Virus record (IMG/VR): IMGVR_UViG_3300012041_000054 | Span: 1 to 28,506 of that record | Source: a virus | Taxonomy: Duplodnaviria; Caudoviricetes | DNA: 28,506 bases | Strand: one strand, 5' to 3' | Part shown: in pieces, positions 7,811 through 16,680 of the stretch | Position numbering within the stretch: the first letter of the stretch is position 1 | Layout: every line of letters starts with the position of its first letter | The notes under the pieces: model-generated | Told to the model about the DNA's origin: nothing | The model's database searches: none | The model's input: the letters and a program-made list of their open reading frames with translations, nothing else | Made by a program: the position numbers and the translations under genes

Positions 7811-10794
7811 TGGTCGCTGGCGTCGTCTTCGCGCTCGCGCTCCTAGCGTCGGCGTCCTCGGCTGACGCGGTGACGGCGGCCTCGTGCAACAGCACAAACG
7901 CACTCAACCATATCAACGAAGCCATCGCGGCGACGGCGGACGGCGGAACAGTGACCGTGCCGGCCGGCTCGTGCACGTGGACAAGGCAAGTCGTTCTCTC
8001 GGGTCGCAATGTCACGCTCGCTGGGGCTGGATCCTCGTCCACGCTGATTACAGCTGGTGTCTGTGGAGGGCAAGCGTCACTCGTGTGGAACACCAGCGGC
8101 GGCACACCGCGCCTGACCGGGTTCTCCTTTGTGAACTCGTGCGGGAATGACGGAAACTCTGGCGGCGGGATGATCAACATCAACGGCCAGACAGATAACC
8201 TCCGCATCGACCATAACGTATTCGTGCAGAGCGGTCAGGCGAGAGCCGTGATGATGCACGGCAACGGCATCTTCGGTGTGATGGATCACAATGTCTGCAC
8301 GTTCAACACGTCACAGTGTATTTTTCTCGTCCATTTGTATTCGTACTTAGGCGTCGGTCAGTACGGCGACAAGTCGTGGTCTGAGCCGACCAACATCAAC
8401 TCCGACGACTTCTTTTTCATCGAAGACAACGACTTTACCTGGGGAGGACCGACACAGTTTTGTCAAGTCGGGTTCGTGTGGGGATCAGATCAGCATAGCG
8501 GCGCGCGGTCATGGTTCCGCCGCAACCGGATGCACAACTGCGCCAACCTCTCCAACCACGGGGCTGAGACTGGTGGGCGCGCGGTTCGCAGTTCACGATT
8601 CTTCGGACTCCTCCAGAACACCTTTGACGTGCCAGCGAGTGCGGTGACGGCTGGCATCATCAGCACGCGCGGTGGGACGGGGCCGGTGATTGACAACCGT
8701 CTCACGATTGGTTCCGGAGGGTTCGTCAACGAGTTTATCGGGCTTGTCACATATCGCGGGGTGACATCGGAGACACGGACGTTCTACGTGTTCGGCGCGT
8801 CTGGTCAACGATCCGTCTCGAGCCTGACGTGCAGTGCTGGCGTGGCGATCGTGACGCTGACCACGGCGCGGGCTGGAACGTGCGACGACGGCAACGGTGG
8901 AGGGGCATGGATCACCATCGCCGGGGCGAGTCCGGCCGGGTTCAATGGCAACTGGATCGCGTATACCCCAGGCTTGGGATGTGGTGGAACATCCACGAAC
9001 AGCTCCCGCTACACAATCCCCGGTGGGTGTCCGGCAGCCTCTGCGACAGGAACGATCACCTATACCAGTCCTGCCGATCAGAATGCGACGGCCTCTGGGT
9101 ATCGCCTCTTCGATGGGGCTGGCGCGGGGCAAGGCGACTACATCTCTGGAACGTTCTTCACGCCAACGACATGGCCGAATCAGGCGATTGAACCGATCTA
9201 CATCGTCAACAACCTCGTCAACGGCTCACTCCAGAACGCCGAACACTTTCGGAATGCGTCTGACACGGTTCAATTTGAGAATATCCAGTACTACCTTGAT
9301 AACTCTGGCTGTGCCGCTCCAAGCGCCTGCACTTCAGGTGTCGGTCGTGGAACGCTTGCGAACCGTCCAACGTCGTGCACGTCCGGTGCTGCCTATTGGG
9401 TGACGAACGCAGGCGAATGGGATTCAACGGATGGCGAAGGGACTGTTTTTTCGCATGATAACGGGGCGTCTGCTCCGGCCGGAGCTGACGGGAGGCTCGA
9501 TATCTGTGTTGCTGGTGCGTGGTCCGATGGTGCGATCACCCCATACACCTATCCGCATCCGTTAGTGTCTGGGAGTCCGCCACCGAATTCGTCGCCGTCC
9601 ATCGCGATCACGTCGCCTGCGGCCTTCTTTAATACGACGGCGTCAACGCTGAACTTCTCCGGAACCTGTACCGATGACAGCGGCGCGTGCAGCAGCGTCT
9701 CGAGGTCGAATAGCAACGGCGGAGGGACGACGCCGGCGCCGGTGCTCGTTGGCTCGAACTGGACGATTACCGCAGGAGAAATCAATTCCGGTACGAATAC
9801 GTACACGGTCACGGGTAGCGATGGCACGTTGACAGGTAATTCGACGGCTTCGGTGTTGCGCCGGGCGGTGGTGTCGTCCTTGCCCTATACAGAAGATTGC
9901 TCGTCGTCGGTGGCGTGGCCGTCGCGCGGCGTGCACTTTACGCATTACGGCTCGACGCAGGCCGCGTACGGCATGACCTCCGGTCAATGCCGCACGAACG
10001 TCTTTGCGTTCGATGCGTCGGCGTTTACCGGGTTCTCGCTTACGACGAATCAGTATTTCAAGGTAAAGGTCTTCGACATTGCCGCGGTCTCCAAGCAACT
10101 CCGCCTCTGCGTCAACGTCACCGGGACGACGGGACAAAACAACGATCTCTCTGGGCTCTTTGTGCAGGTTGAGGCGTCTGGCGCCTCGGCGAATAACTTG
10201 ATCGGTCGGTACACGAACGGCGCGCTCGATCACGTGTACCAGTCCGGAATTAACGTGGGAACGATCACGCCTGGCGCGTCATTCGTTGAAGCACGGCGAG
10301 ACGGCGTCTTCCTCTATCTCGTTGTTGATGACGTGATTAAGGGCACGGCGGACGTCGGCTCCGGATTTCAAGGGGGCACGGTCGCTGATTGTTCCGTCGG
10401 CGTCGGAACGGCTTGGGACGACGGCGAGATCGGCAATGTCGATGCTGGCCCAGACGAAGACCCTCCGGTTCCGGTCATCGCCGTGCCGACGACGGACCCT
10501 GGCTATTTTACCGAGGAGGCGACGCTCGCAACGCTGTCTGGGGCTGTGACCGACAATGTCGGCGTCGTGAGTTGCACGTACGAAAGCAATCAAGGGCAGG
10601 GGCAAGTCGCGATGACGTTAGATATGGGCGATTTCTCTGCGTCTGACGTGCCGCTCGTCGTTGGCGTCAACGTCATCACGGTGCGCTGTTTTGATGCCTC
10701 TGTGCTCACGGGAGTCGATATCTTGACAGTGACGCGCGGCAATGAGGGGCAAGGCGGGCCACAAAGCCCGAGTGCGCTTCGGGGTATCTTCTGA
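7801..10794 (+). CDS. Large secreted multidomain protein: right-handed beta-helix + Ig-like + lectin-like + Ig-like
   Basis: Signal MRVVVAGVVFALALLASASSADA|V. Beta-helix start GGTVTVPAGSCTW, RIDHNVF, FFFIEDNDF, YTYPHPL. Two Ig-like units (PSIAITSP...GTCTDD...GTNTYTVTGSD; PVIAVP...GAVTDNVGV...GVNVITVRCFD). 24 Cys. Confidence 0.75.
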   Translation: MRVVVAGVVFALALLASASSADAVTAASCNSTNALNHINEAIAATADGGTVTVPAGSCTWTRQVVLSGRNVTLAGAGSSSTLITAGVCGGQASLVWNTSGGTPRLTGFSFVNSCGNDGNSGGGMININGQTDNLRIDHNVFVQSGQARAVMMHGNGIFGVMDHNVCTFNTSQCIFLVHLYSYLGVGQYGDKSWSEPTNINSDDFFFIEDNDFTWGGPTQFCQVGFVWGSDQHSGARSWFRRNRMHNCANLSNHGAETGGRAVRSSRFFGLLQNTFDVPASAVTAGIISTRGGTGPVIDNRLTIGSGGFVNEFIGLVTYRGVTSETRTFYVFGASGQRSVSSLTCSAGVAIVTLTTARAGTCDDGNGGGAWITIAGASPAGFNGNWIAYTPGLGCGGTSTNSSRYTIPGGCPAASATGTITYTSPADQNATASGYRLFDGAGAGQGDYISGTFFTPTTWPNQAIEPIYIVNNLVNGSLQNAEHFRNASDTVQFENIQYYLDNSGCAAPSACTSGVGRGTLANRPTSCTSGAAYWVTNAGEWDSTDGEGTVFSHDNGASAPAGADGRLDICVAGAWSDGAITPYTYPHPLVSGSPPPNSSPSIAITSPAAFFNTTASTLNFSGTCTDDSGACSSVSRSNSNGGGTTPAPVLVGSNWTITAGEINSGTNTYTVTGSDGTLTGNSTASVLRRAVVSSLPYTEDCSSSVAWPSRGVHFTHYGSTQAAYGMTSGQCRTNVFAFDASAFTGFSLTTNQYFKVKVFDIAAVSKQLRLCVNVTGTTGQNNDLSGLFVQVEASGASANNLIGRYTNGALDHVYQSGINVGTITPGASFVEARRDGVFLYLVVDDVIKGTADVGSGFQGGTVADCSVGVGTAWDDGEIGNVDAGPDEDPPVPVIAVPTTDPGYFTEEATLATLSGAVTDNVGVVSCTYESNQGQGQVAMTLDMGDFSASDVPLVVGVNVITVRCFDASVLTGVDILTVTRGNEGQGGPQSPSALRGIF

Positions 10795-10814
10795 AATGGT
10801 CGACAATAGGACAT

Positions 10815-11177
10815 ATGACTAGACTGTTCGCCCTCACCCTGATCGCCGTGCTCGCGGTGACCGTGTCCGTGGTCGCCCAGGAGACACCGGAAGCCGTCCC
10901 GGCTGAATTCACGGCGCTCCAGAAGCAGGTCACCGAACTGCAGCAGCAGCTCGCGAATCAGACCAAGCTATTCCTGCAGCTCCAGCAGCAACTCACGCAG
11001 GTACAGCAGTCCGTCTCAAAGCAGTCACCGGAGGACCAGCAGCAGGCGCTCGCCGGGAACATCGAGGCAGGCGAACAGGAGATTCGACAGACGTGCCGGG
11101 AGAAGCGCGCCCGTTGGTTAGTGCTCCTCGGCATAGTCGACGGCAAGCTGACGCGATTCGTCGGCTGCGTCGACTGA
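10815..11177 (+). CDS. Signal-peptide Gln-rich coiled-coil protein
   Basis: AGGA RBS. Signal MTRLFALTLIAVLAVTVSVVA|Q. Heptad segment LQKQVTELQQQLANQTKLFLQLQQQL. 2 Cys. Confidence 0.7.
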   Translation: MTRLFALTLIAVLAVTVSVVAQETPEAVPAEFTALQKQVTELQQQLANQTKLFLQLQQQLTQVQQSVSKQSPEDQQQALAGNIEAGEQEIRQTCREKRARWLVLLGIVDGKLTRFVGCVD

Positions 11178-11179
11178 CG

Positions 11180-11199
11180 CGTTAGAACATCGTTAGAAC
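11180..11199. repeat. 9-bp direct repeat CGTTAGAAC x2 (11-bp period) containing GAAC-N7-GAAC
   Basis: CGTTAGAAC at 11180-11188 and 11191-11199, intergenic. Confidence 0.6.
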
Positions 11200-11224
11200 C
11201 GGTCGGGCTATCGAACAAACCGAG

Positions 11225-11268
11225 GCCCGGCGTGTTGAGTCCACTGCGACTCCGCGCCGGGCTTTTTT
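11225..11268 (+). terminator. Intrinsic terminator
   Basis: GCCCGGCGTG / CGCGCCGGGC stem, TT bulge, GAGTC / GACTC upper stem, then T6. Confidence 0.8.
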
Positions 11269-11285
11269 CTTGTGGAGCCGTCCAT

Positions 11286-12020
11286 TTGACATCCCTGACG
11301 GGCGAGGCCCTCATCAGCGCCGCACTCGAGCGACTCGGCGCCAAGGATCCGCAGAACGATCTCTCAGCTGAGGATGCCGCGCAGGGGCTCGGTGTGCTGC
11401 GACGGATGGTGGGGCTCTGGAACACGAAGACGCTCCTGCCTCCGGTGCGCCAGCGCAGCGTGTTCAGCATCACGGCATCCGACGGGAACTACACGATTGG
11501 CGAGGCCGGGCACACGCCTGATTTCGCGGGCGACCGCCTTCGCTTTCTGGAAGCGGCCGCGGTGATCGCCTCTGGTGAGGACCGCGAGCACAAGCTCGGG
11601 ATTCTGACCCCACAACGCTACCAGGCCGAGAGCGACAAGGGCGTCACGCAGACGGGAATGCCGCAGTCGATCTACGTCGAGCCGACCGTCCCGGTCGCGA
11701 CGATCACGCTGTTCCCGCCGCCGAGCGCGACGATGACACTCGTCCTCTACTACAAGCCACTCATCGCGCAGTTCACCGATCTCGTGACCGGGCACTACTT
11801 CGACGAGGGCTACGAGGCGGCCTTGGTCAGTAACCTCGCCGTCTGGCTCGCCGGACCGTTCCGGATCAACGTCAACGAAGACCCCATGCTCCTCGCCGAG
11901 GCGGCCGATACACGCGGCGCGATTGCCTCGCTCAACGAAGGCCCAGAAGAGATGGCCGCCGACCCGAACGGGTATTTCTCCGATGCCGACTCCGGATGGC
12001 TCATGGAGACGGGGGAATAG
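11286..12020 (+). CDS. Head-to-tail adaptor, P22 gp4-like
   Basis: TTG start 8 nt after GGAG. LISAALERLG...LSAEDAAQGLGVLRRMVGLW and GYEAALVSNLAVWLAGPF motifs. Lies directly before the gp10-like gene. Confidence 0.8.
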   Translation: MTSLTGEALISAALERLGAKDPQNDLSAEDAAQGLGVLRRMVGLWNTKTLLPPVRQRSVFSITASDGNYTIGEAGHTPDFAGDRLRFLEAAAVIASGEDREHKLGILTPQRYQAESDKGVTQTGMPQSIYVEPTVPVATITLFPPPSATMTLVLYYKPLIAQFTDLVTGHYFDEGYEAALVSNLAVWLAGPFRINVNEDPMLLAEAADTRGAIASLNEGPEEMAADPNGYFSDADSGWLMETGE

Positions 12021-13553
12021 ATGGCGCCCTTCACTGGCTTCGTCAACGGCAGTGGTCAGGCGCGCTCGCCGAATGTCAACGCCGAGCAGTGCATCAATTT
12101 CTATCCCGATTTCGCGGACGGCACACCGAAGGCGCGCGTCTGGCTGCGTCCGTCGCCGGGATTCTCTGAAGCCTACATTCTGACTGGCGCGCGGAATCAC
12201 TGCGTGGGACTCGCGACCATCGAGGCCCGAGCGTTCGCGGTCGCCGGGATGGGGTTCTACGAGCTATTCGAAGACAACGGGCAGAACACGCTCCGCGGGA
12301 CCCTCGTCCTCGACGCCGACACGACGGCGGCCCAGATCGTGAGTAACGGCATCGGGCGCCAGGTAATGGTGATTGCGGGTGGGAAGGGCTACATCTTCAA
12401 CCTCGACACCAACGTCTTTACGCAAATCACCGACGCGCAATTCCCTGATCCCGTGATCTGGGGCGGGTTTGCCGACGGCTACTTCGTCGCGGTCGGGGTC
12501 AACAAAACACAGTTTTCGTTCAGCACGCTGAGCGATGGACTCACGTGGGCGGCTGCCGATATCAGCGTCAAGTCGAAGACGACCGACGCCATTGTGGCCG
12601 CGGTGTTCGACCACGGCGAACTGCTGTTGTTCGGGACGCAGACGACCGAGGCGTATACCAACACGGGCGACCTTCGCTATCCGTGGACGCCGCGGCCTGT
12701 GCCCCTTGAGACCGGCATTCTCGCGCCCGCCTCGCTCGCGAAGGGGAAAGAATCCATCTTCTACATTCAAGGCTCGGAGCGCGGGCCAGCCACGATTGTG
12801 GCGGCCGCCGGCTTCAATGCCGTGCCCATCGGGAGCGCCGCGGTGCACCAGGCGCTCCGCGACTCCGAGCATCCGGAGCTCGCCCGCGCGTGGTTCTACG
12901 AAGATGGGGAACACGGGTTCTACGTGCTGTCGTTCGATGACCAGACGTGGGTCTACGACACGCTCACGCGCGTGTGGCACGAGCGGTTGCTCTGGAATGC
13001 GGGCACGGGTAGCTATCTCGCGTATCAGGGACTCTGCCACACCTACGCCTTTGGGAAGCATCTCGTCGGGATGCGCGGGCTGAATCCGTGGTTTGCCATC
13101 AACGATGACGCGATCGTGTGCGAAATGCACGACCGCTACTCCCGAGAGCTGCCGACCACCGAGACCCCGCAATCCCCCTCGTGGACGATCCGTCGGGTCC
13201 GTCGATGCCCCTACGTGCACGCCGAGGGGCGCATGGTGTTCCACGACCGCCTCGAACTGGACATGGACACCGGCCTGGCCGTCGAGACGCTTGACGATCC
13301 GGACGTCGCGGACGATGCGCTGAATCACTACATCTCGATGCGCTATTCGGATGACAACGGCAAGACGTGGAGTGCCGAGCGCAAGGCGCAACTGGGCGTC
13401 GAGGGCGAGTATGGCCGTCGCGTGTTCTGGACCAACCTCGGGCGCTCGCGTGCGCGTATCTACGACGTGATCGTAGACGGCGGCTCGACGAACCGGGCGG
13501 TGGTCCTTGGGATTGCGGGCGCCGATCTCCAGGTGCGGGTGGGCTTGAAATGA
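12021..13553 (+). CDS. Tail hub / DNA stabilization protein, P22 gp10-like
   Basis: 510 aa with EQCINFYP, GFADGYFV, LLLFGTQTTE, TWVYDTLTRVWHER and MRYSDDNGKTWSAER...GEYGRRVFWTNLGRSR hallmark motifs. Confidence 0.88.
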   Translation: MAPFTGFVNGSGQARSPNVNAEQCINFYPDFADGTPKARVWLRPSPGFSEAYILTGARNHCVGLATIEARAFAVAGMGFYELFEDNGQNTLRGTLVLDADTTAAQIVSNGIGRQVMVIAGGKGYIFNLDTNVFTQITDAQFPDPVIWGGFADGYFVAVGVNKTQFSFSTLSDGLTWAAADISVKSKTTDAIVAAVFDHGELLLFGTQTTEAYTNTGDLRYPWTPRPVPLETGILAPASLAKGKESIFYIQGSERGPATIVAAAGFNAVPIGSAAVHQALRDSEHPELARAWFYEDGEHGFYVLSFDDQTWVYDTLTRVWHERLLWNAGTGSYLAYQGLCHTYAFGKHLVGMRGLNPWFAINDDAIVCEMHDRYSRELPTTETPQSPSWTIRRVRRCPYVHAEGRMVFHDRLELDMDTGLAVETLDDPDVADDALNHYISMRYSDDNGKTWSAERKAQLGVEGEYGRRVFWTNLGRSRARIYDVIVDGGSTNRAVVLGIAGADLQVRVGLK

Positions 13554-14041
13554 AGATCACCCATCTCCCGAACTTCCGCACAGAACCACTCGTGGATCAC
13601 CAACGAAAGGCGGCGTATCCCTCGATCACGCACTTTCTTGAGGGGTTATGGCGTCGCGGGCAGTGGCAAGCTGTGACCTTCAGTGCCGCCGATTTCGCCG
13701 GCACGGGCGCGATGACATGGACGGTGGCGGTTGGCGACGTCGTGACGTTTGCCTACACCCTTAACGGTCGCACGATGACGGTGTCGTTCATTCTGGAATT
13801 CACGTCGATCGGCGGCGTGCCTGATGTGCGACTCGCGATTGCGATTCCTGGCGGATTTCTCCCGAGTCGCTCGATGCACACCGCGGCCGTTGCGTATGAC
13901 GCCGGATGGGTGCCTGCCGTCATTGAAGCGTCGGAGAACGTCGCTGTGCTGTACGTCCGCCGCCTCGATTCAGCGGTCTGGACCGCCGTCGCGGACGGCG
14001 CGCACGTTTACGGACAGATTTCGTTCGAAGTGCAGGGGTAA
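13550..14041 (+). CDS. Tail needle / tip-like protein
   Basis: ATGA overlap with the gp10-like stop. N-terminus RTEPLVD...FLEGLWRR as seen in genes following gp10-like hubs. Beta-rich C-terminal domain resembling a fibre tip. Confidence 0.55.
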   Translation: MKITHLPNFRTEPLVDHQRKAAYPSITHFLEGLWRRGQWQAVTFSAADFAGTGAMTWTVAVGDVVTFAYTLNGRTMTVSFILEFTSIGGVPDVRLAIAIPGGFLPSRSMHTAAVAYDAGWVPAVIEASENVAVLYVRRLDSAVWTAVADGAHVYGQISFEVQG

Positions 14042-14043
14042 CG

Positions 14044-14823
14044 ATGGCGAAGCAGAACGAGCAACAACTCGACCAGTTCAACCAACAGCTTCGGGCGAAT
14101 CCTCGGTATCAGCAATACCTGCAATCGCTTGGCGTCAACACGAACGTGGCGCCGGGCCAGGCGTGGCGGCTCTCTGACCAGCAGCGCAAGCAGGCCGAGG
14201 CGTGGGTCAAGTCCAACGTGGGGGATATCGGCGGGCTCGAGATCGACGGCAGCGGGAATGCGAACCAGAACGAGGGATTCGGGAAGCAACTGAAGCGATA
14301 TGGACCGATTGCGGGCGGGGTCGCCCTCTCCCTGTTTGGGATTCCTGGAGTGTTCCCCGGCCTGCTCTCGGGTGGCAGCGGAGCGGCAGCGGGAGGCGCG
14401 GCGGCCCTCGATGCCGCGCCATCGGCCGCCACTGGCGCGGCGAATATGGCGAACATGGGATGGACGATGGCACCCGCGGCGGCGGCGACGAGCGTCGCGC
14501 CGGCCGTCGGGACCATCGGCGCCACAGCGCCAGCGGCGGCTGGAGGCATCTTCTCGGGCCTCAAGAGCCTCGCCTTGCCCTTGGGCATCAACGCCGGGGC
14601 CAACATCATCGGGGGCGTGATGCAGTCACGCGCGGCCAACAACGCGGCCCAGACGCAGACCGAGGCGGGCGATCGCGCGCTGAACTTCCTGCGCGAGCAG
14701 TACGTGAACCAACAGCAGAACCTGCAGCCCTACATGACCGCTGGACGGGGCGCGCTCGACACGCTCCAACGAGCCATCCCGCAGGGTGTGCCCTTGTCTG
14801 GATACGGCTCGGTGCGCCGGTAA
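14044..14823 (+). CDS. DNA ejection (pilot) protein, N-terminal-type half
   Basis: Gly/Ala-rich with hydrophobic segments. IIGGVMQSRAANNAAQTQ...REQY...NLQPYMTAGRGAL motif of podovirus DNA-transfer proteins. Confidence 0.65.
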   Translation: MAKQNEQQLDQFNQQLRANPRYQQYLQSLGVNTNVAPGQAWRLSDQQRKQAEAWVKSNVGDIGGLEIDGSGNANQNEGFGKQLKRYGPIAGGVALSLFGIPGVFPGLLSGGSGAAAGGAAALDAAPSAATGAANMANMGWTMAPAAAATSVAPAVGTIGATAPAAAGGIFSGLKSLALPLGINAGANIIGGVMQSRAANNAAQTQTEAGDRALNFLREQYVNQQQNLQPYMTAGRGALDTLQRAIPQGVPLSGYGSVRR

Positions 14824-14836
14824 TGGAGAGTCTCTG

Positions 14837-16024
14837 ATGTCAGTGATGACCGCGGAACAGGGGGCGCCGTTGGCGGAACAGGCGAATCAACAGCAGTGGG
14901 TGAAGGATACCGGCCGCGAGTCCTTGCATTGGGCCGTGATTCCGCAGGCGTATCGCGGGATTCCCGGTATCGAGCAATGGGCAAACGATCCCAACATCGA
15001 CCCGTACAAGGATCGAATCGAACCGTATCTCAACGCGCAGCGCGCCGCAGCTCCGGCAGGAACAGCCAATGCCGCCGACCAGGGCGACGCCCAACTCCTG
15101 CTCAATCAATTCGGCCAGCAACCCGCAGGGCCAGCCGCACCAGCGCCATCTAGCGGCTCGTTCACTGGTGGCACGTCGCTCGGGAGCGCCTACGCCCCGT
15201 ACACGAGCCTGCAAGCGCCGACACCCTATCAGCCCTACGGAGAGACGTTCCAGGCGCCAGAGGGCACGATGGACCAGTGGGGGCAGACGTTTACCGCGCC
15301 CACGCGGCCAGAGGATCTCGACGACCCGTGGGGCCAGACGTTCAAGTTCGACGCATCGGACCTCGAAAACGACGAGGGGTATCAGTTCCTTCAGAACCAA
15401 GGCATCGAGGCTCGCAAGCGTGCAGCGGCCGCGGGCGGGTATCTGAACAACCCCGGTCTGGCGAACGAGCTTGAGGAATTCGGACAAGGGCTCGCCGCGA
15501 CGCACTTGGGCGACGTCTACAACCGGCAACTGAGCACCTACGGGACGAATTACGACACGTTCTCCGGCGACAGGTCCAGGCGCTCAGGCGAGGCCGACAA
15601 GACGTACAACGAGGCCCTGGGCGCCTACAACACCAACTACGGCACGTTCTCGAACGACAACGCGCAACGGTTCAATCAGGCGCTTCAGGGCTACCAGACG
15701 CGGGCGGGCGTCCACGACCGCAACGAGGCGGGCCGCTTCGGCTCGCAGACGAACAACTGGACGAACAGCTTCAACCAAGGCCGCGCGACTGAGAACGACG
15801 CCTGGGACCGCCAGTTCCGCGTCGCCGACTACGGCCTCGCGGCCGCGGGCGGTCTGAACAACGCCTCGGGCACCTTCGGCGCGCAAGGCTCCGACATCAT
15901 GCAGAACCAAGGCAACGCGACCGCCGCGGGCCAGGTCGGTGCGGCCAACGCGTGGGGAAACACCTTCGGCAACATCGCCGACTACGGACAGACCATCCCC
16001 TATCTGCAGCGGAGGCTGATCTGA
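14837..16024 (+). CDS. DNA ejection protein, C-terminal-type half
   Basis: GGAG RBS before ATG 14837. DEGYQFLQNQG...RAAAAGG...FGQGLA and QGNATAAGQVGAANAW motifs. N/Q/G-rich. Confidence 0.7.
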   Translation: MSVMTAEQGAPLAEQANQQQWVKDTGRESLHWAVIPQAYRGIPGIEQWANDPNIDPYKDRIEPYLNAQRAAAPAGTANAADQGDAQLLLNQFGQQPAGPAAPAPSSGSFTGGTSLGSAYAPYTSLQAPTPYQPYGETFQAPEGTMDQWGQTFTAPTRPEDLDDPWGQTFKFDASDLENDEGYQFLQNQGIEARKRAAAAGGYLNNPGLANELEEFGQGLAATHLGDVYNRQLSTYGTNYDTFSGDRSRRSGEADKTYNEALGAYNTNYGTFSNDNAQRFNQALQGYQTRAGVHDRNEAGRFGSQTNNWTNSFNQGRATENDAWDRQFRVADYGLAAAGGLNNASGTFGAQGSDIMQNQGNATAAGQVGAANAWGNTFGNIADYGQTIPYLQRRLI

Positions 16025-16680
16025 TGGCGGGGGCGCTCTTTGTCACGCCCTACCCGGAGTTCGACACCATCGACGGGATTCCCCTCGTCAATGGCTCGCT
16101 GTCGTTCCTCGTGGACGGCGAACCGTCGCGTGTCTGGTCGCACCAGGCCATCATCACGGCCGGCGATTTCAAAGAAGGGCACCGCGTTCCGACGCTCGGA
16201 TCGTATGTGCAGCTGAACGCGACGGGCCGTCTCCAAGGCGACGGCGGAGCGCCGGTCAACATCTGGGTCGATCCGCTCGTGGCCTACGACATCACGGTCA
16301 AAGCCTCGGACGGATCAACCGTGTGGTCTGTGCCGGGGTATCGACAACCCGATCCGAGTCCGCTCATTCCGCAGTCACAGTCTGTGCGGACGAATCCCAC
16401 GGTGCTTACGCCCGTGTATGGCGTGCACCGATTCGAGCCGCCGACGGCCGCCATGCTGTGCGCGCTCACCGAGCCGACTGACGTCGAGGAAGGGATCGAA
16501 CTGCATCTCCAAGCCGCGACAGCCTTCGCGCACGTCGTGTTGATTACCTCGGGTATCGCGGGGAACGGGGCGGGTGTCGATACGGCGACCTTTGGCGGCG
16601 CGATCGGCGACGGGATCACGCTCATCGCCGTCGATGGGTTTTGGCATCTCGTCGCGAGCAGAAACGTGGTGCTCTCGTAA
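16024..16680 (+). CDS. Short tailspike head-binding-like protein (paralog 1)
   Basis: TGATG coupling. N-terminus PEFDTIDGIPLVNGSL...VQLNATGR resembles podovirus spike head-binding domains. Paralog of the next gene. Confidence 0.6.
   Translation: MAGALFVTPYPEFDTIDGIPLVNGSLSFLVDGEPSRVWSHQAIITAGDFKEGHRVPTLGSYVQLNATGRLQGDGGAPVNIWVDPLVAYDITVKASDGSTVWSVPGYRQPDPSPLIPQSQSVRTNPTVLTPVYGVHRFEPPTAAMLCALTEPTDVEEGIELHLQAATAFAHVVLITSGIAGNGAGVDTATFGGAIGDGITLIAVDGFWHLVASRNVVLS

Noticed and set aside
10815-11177. Possible spanin or holin
   Set aside because: Has a cleavable-looking signal and coiled coil, but no adjacent endolysin, no lipobox o-spanin partner and no multi-TM holin pattern.
12264-13391. 375-aa minus-strand ORF and other long antisense ORFs (e.g. 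7239-8207, 11364-12200, 19799-20581)
   Set aside because: They lie opposite well-supported + strand genes and have no recognisable motifs; long antisense frames are expected at high GC.
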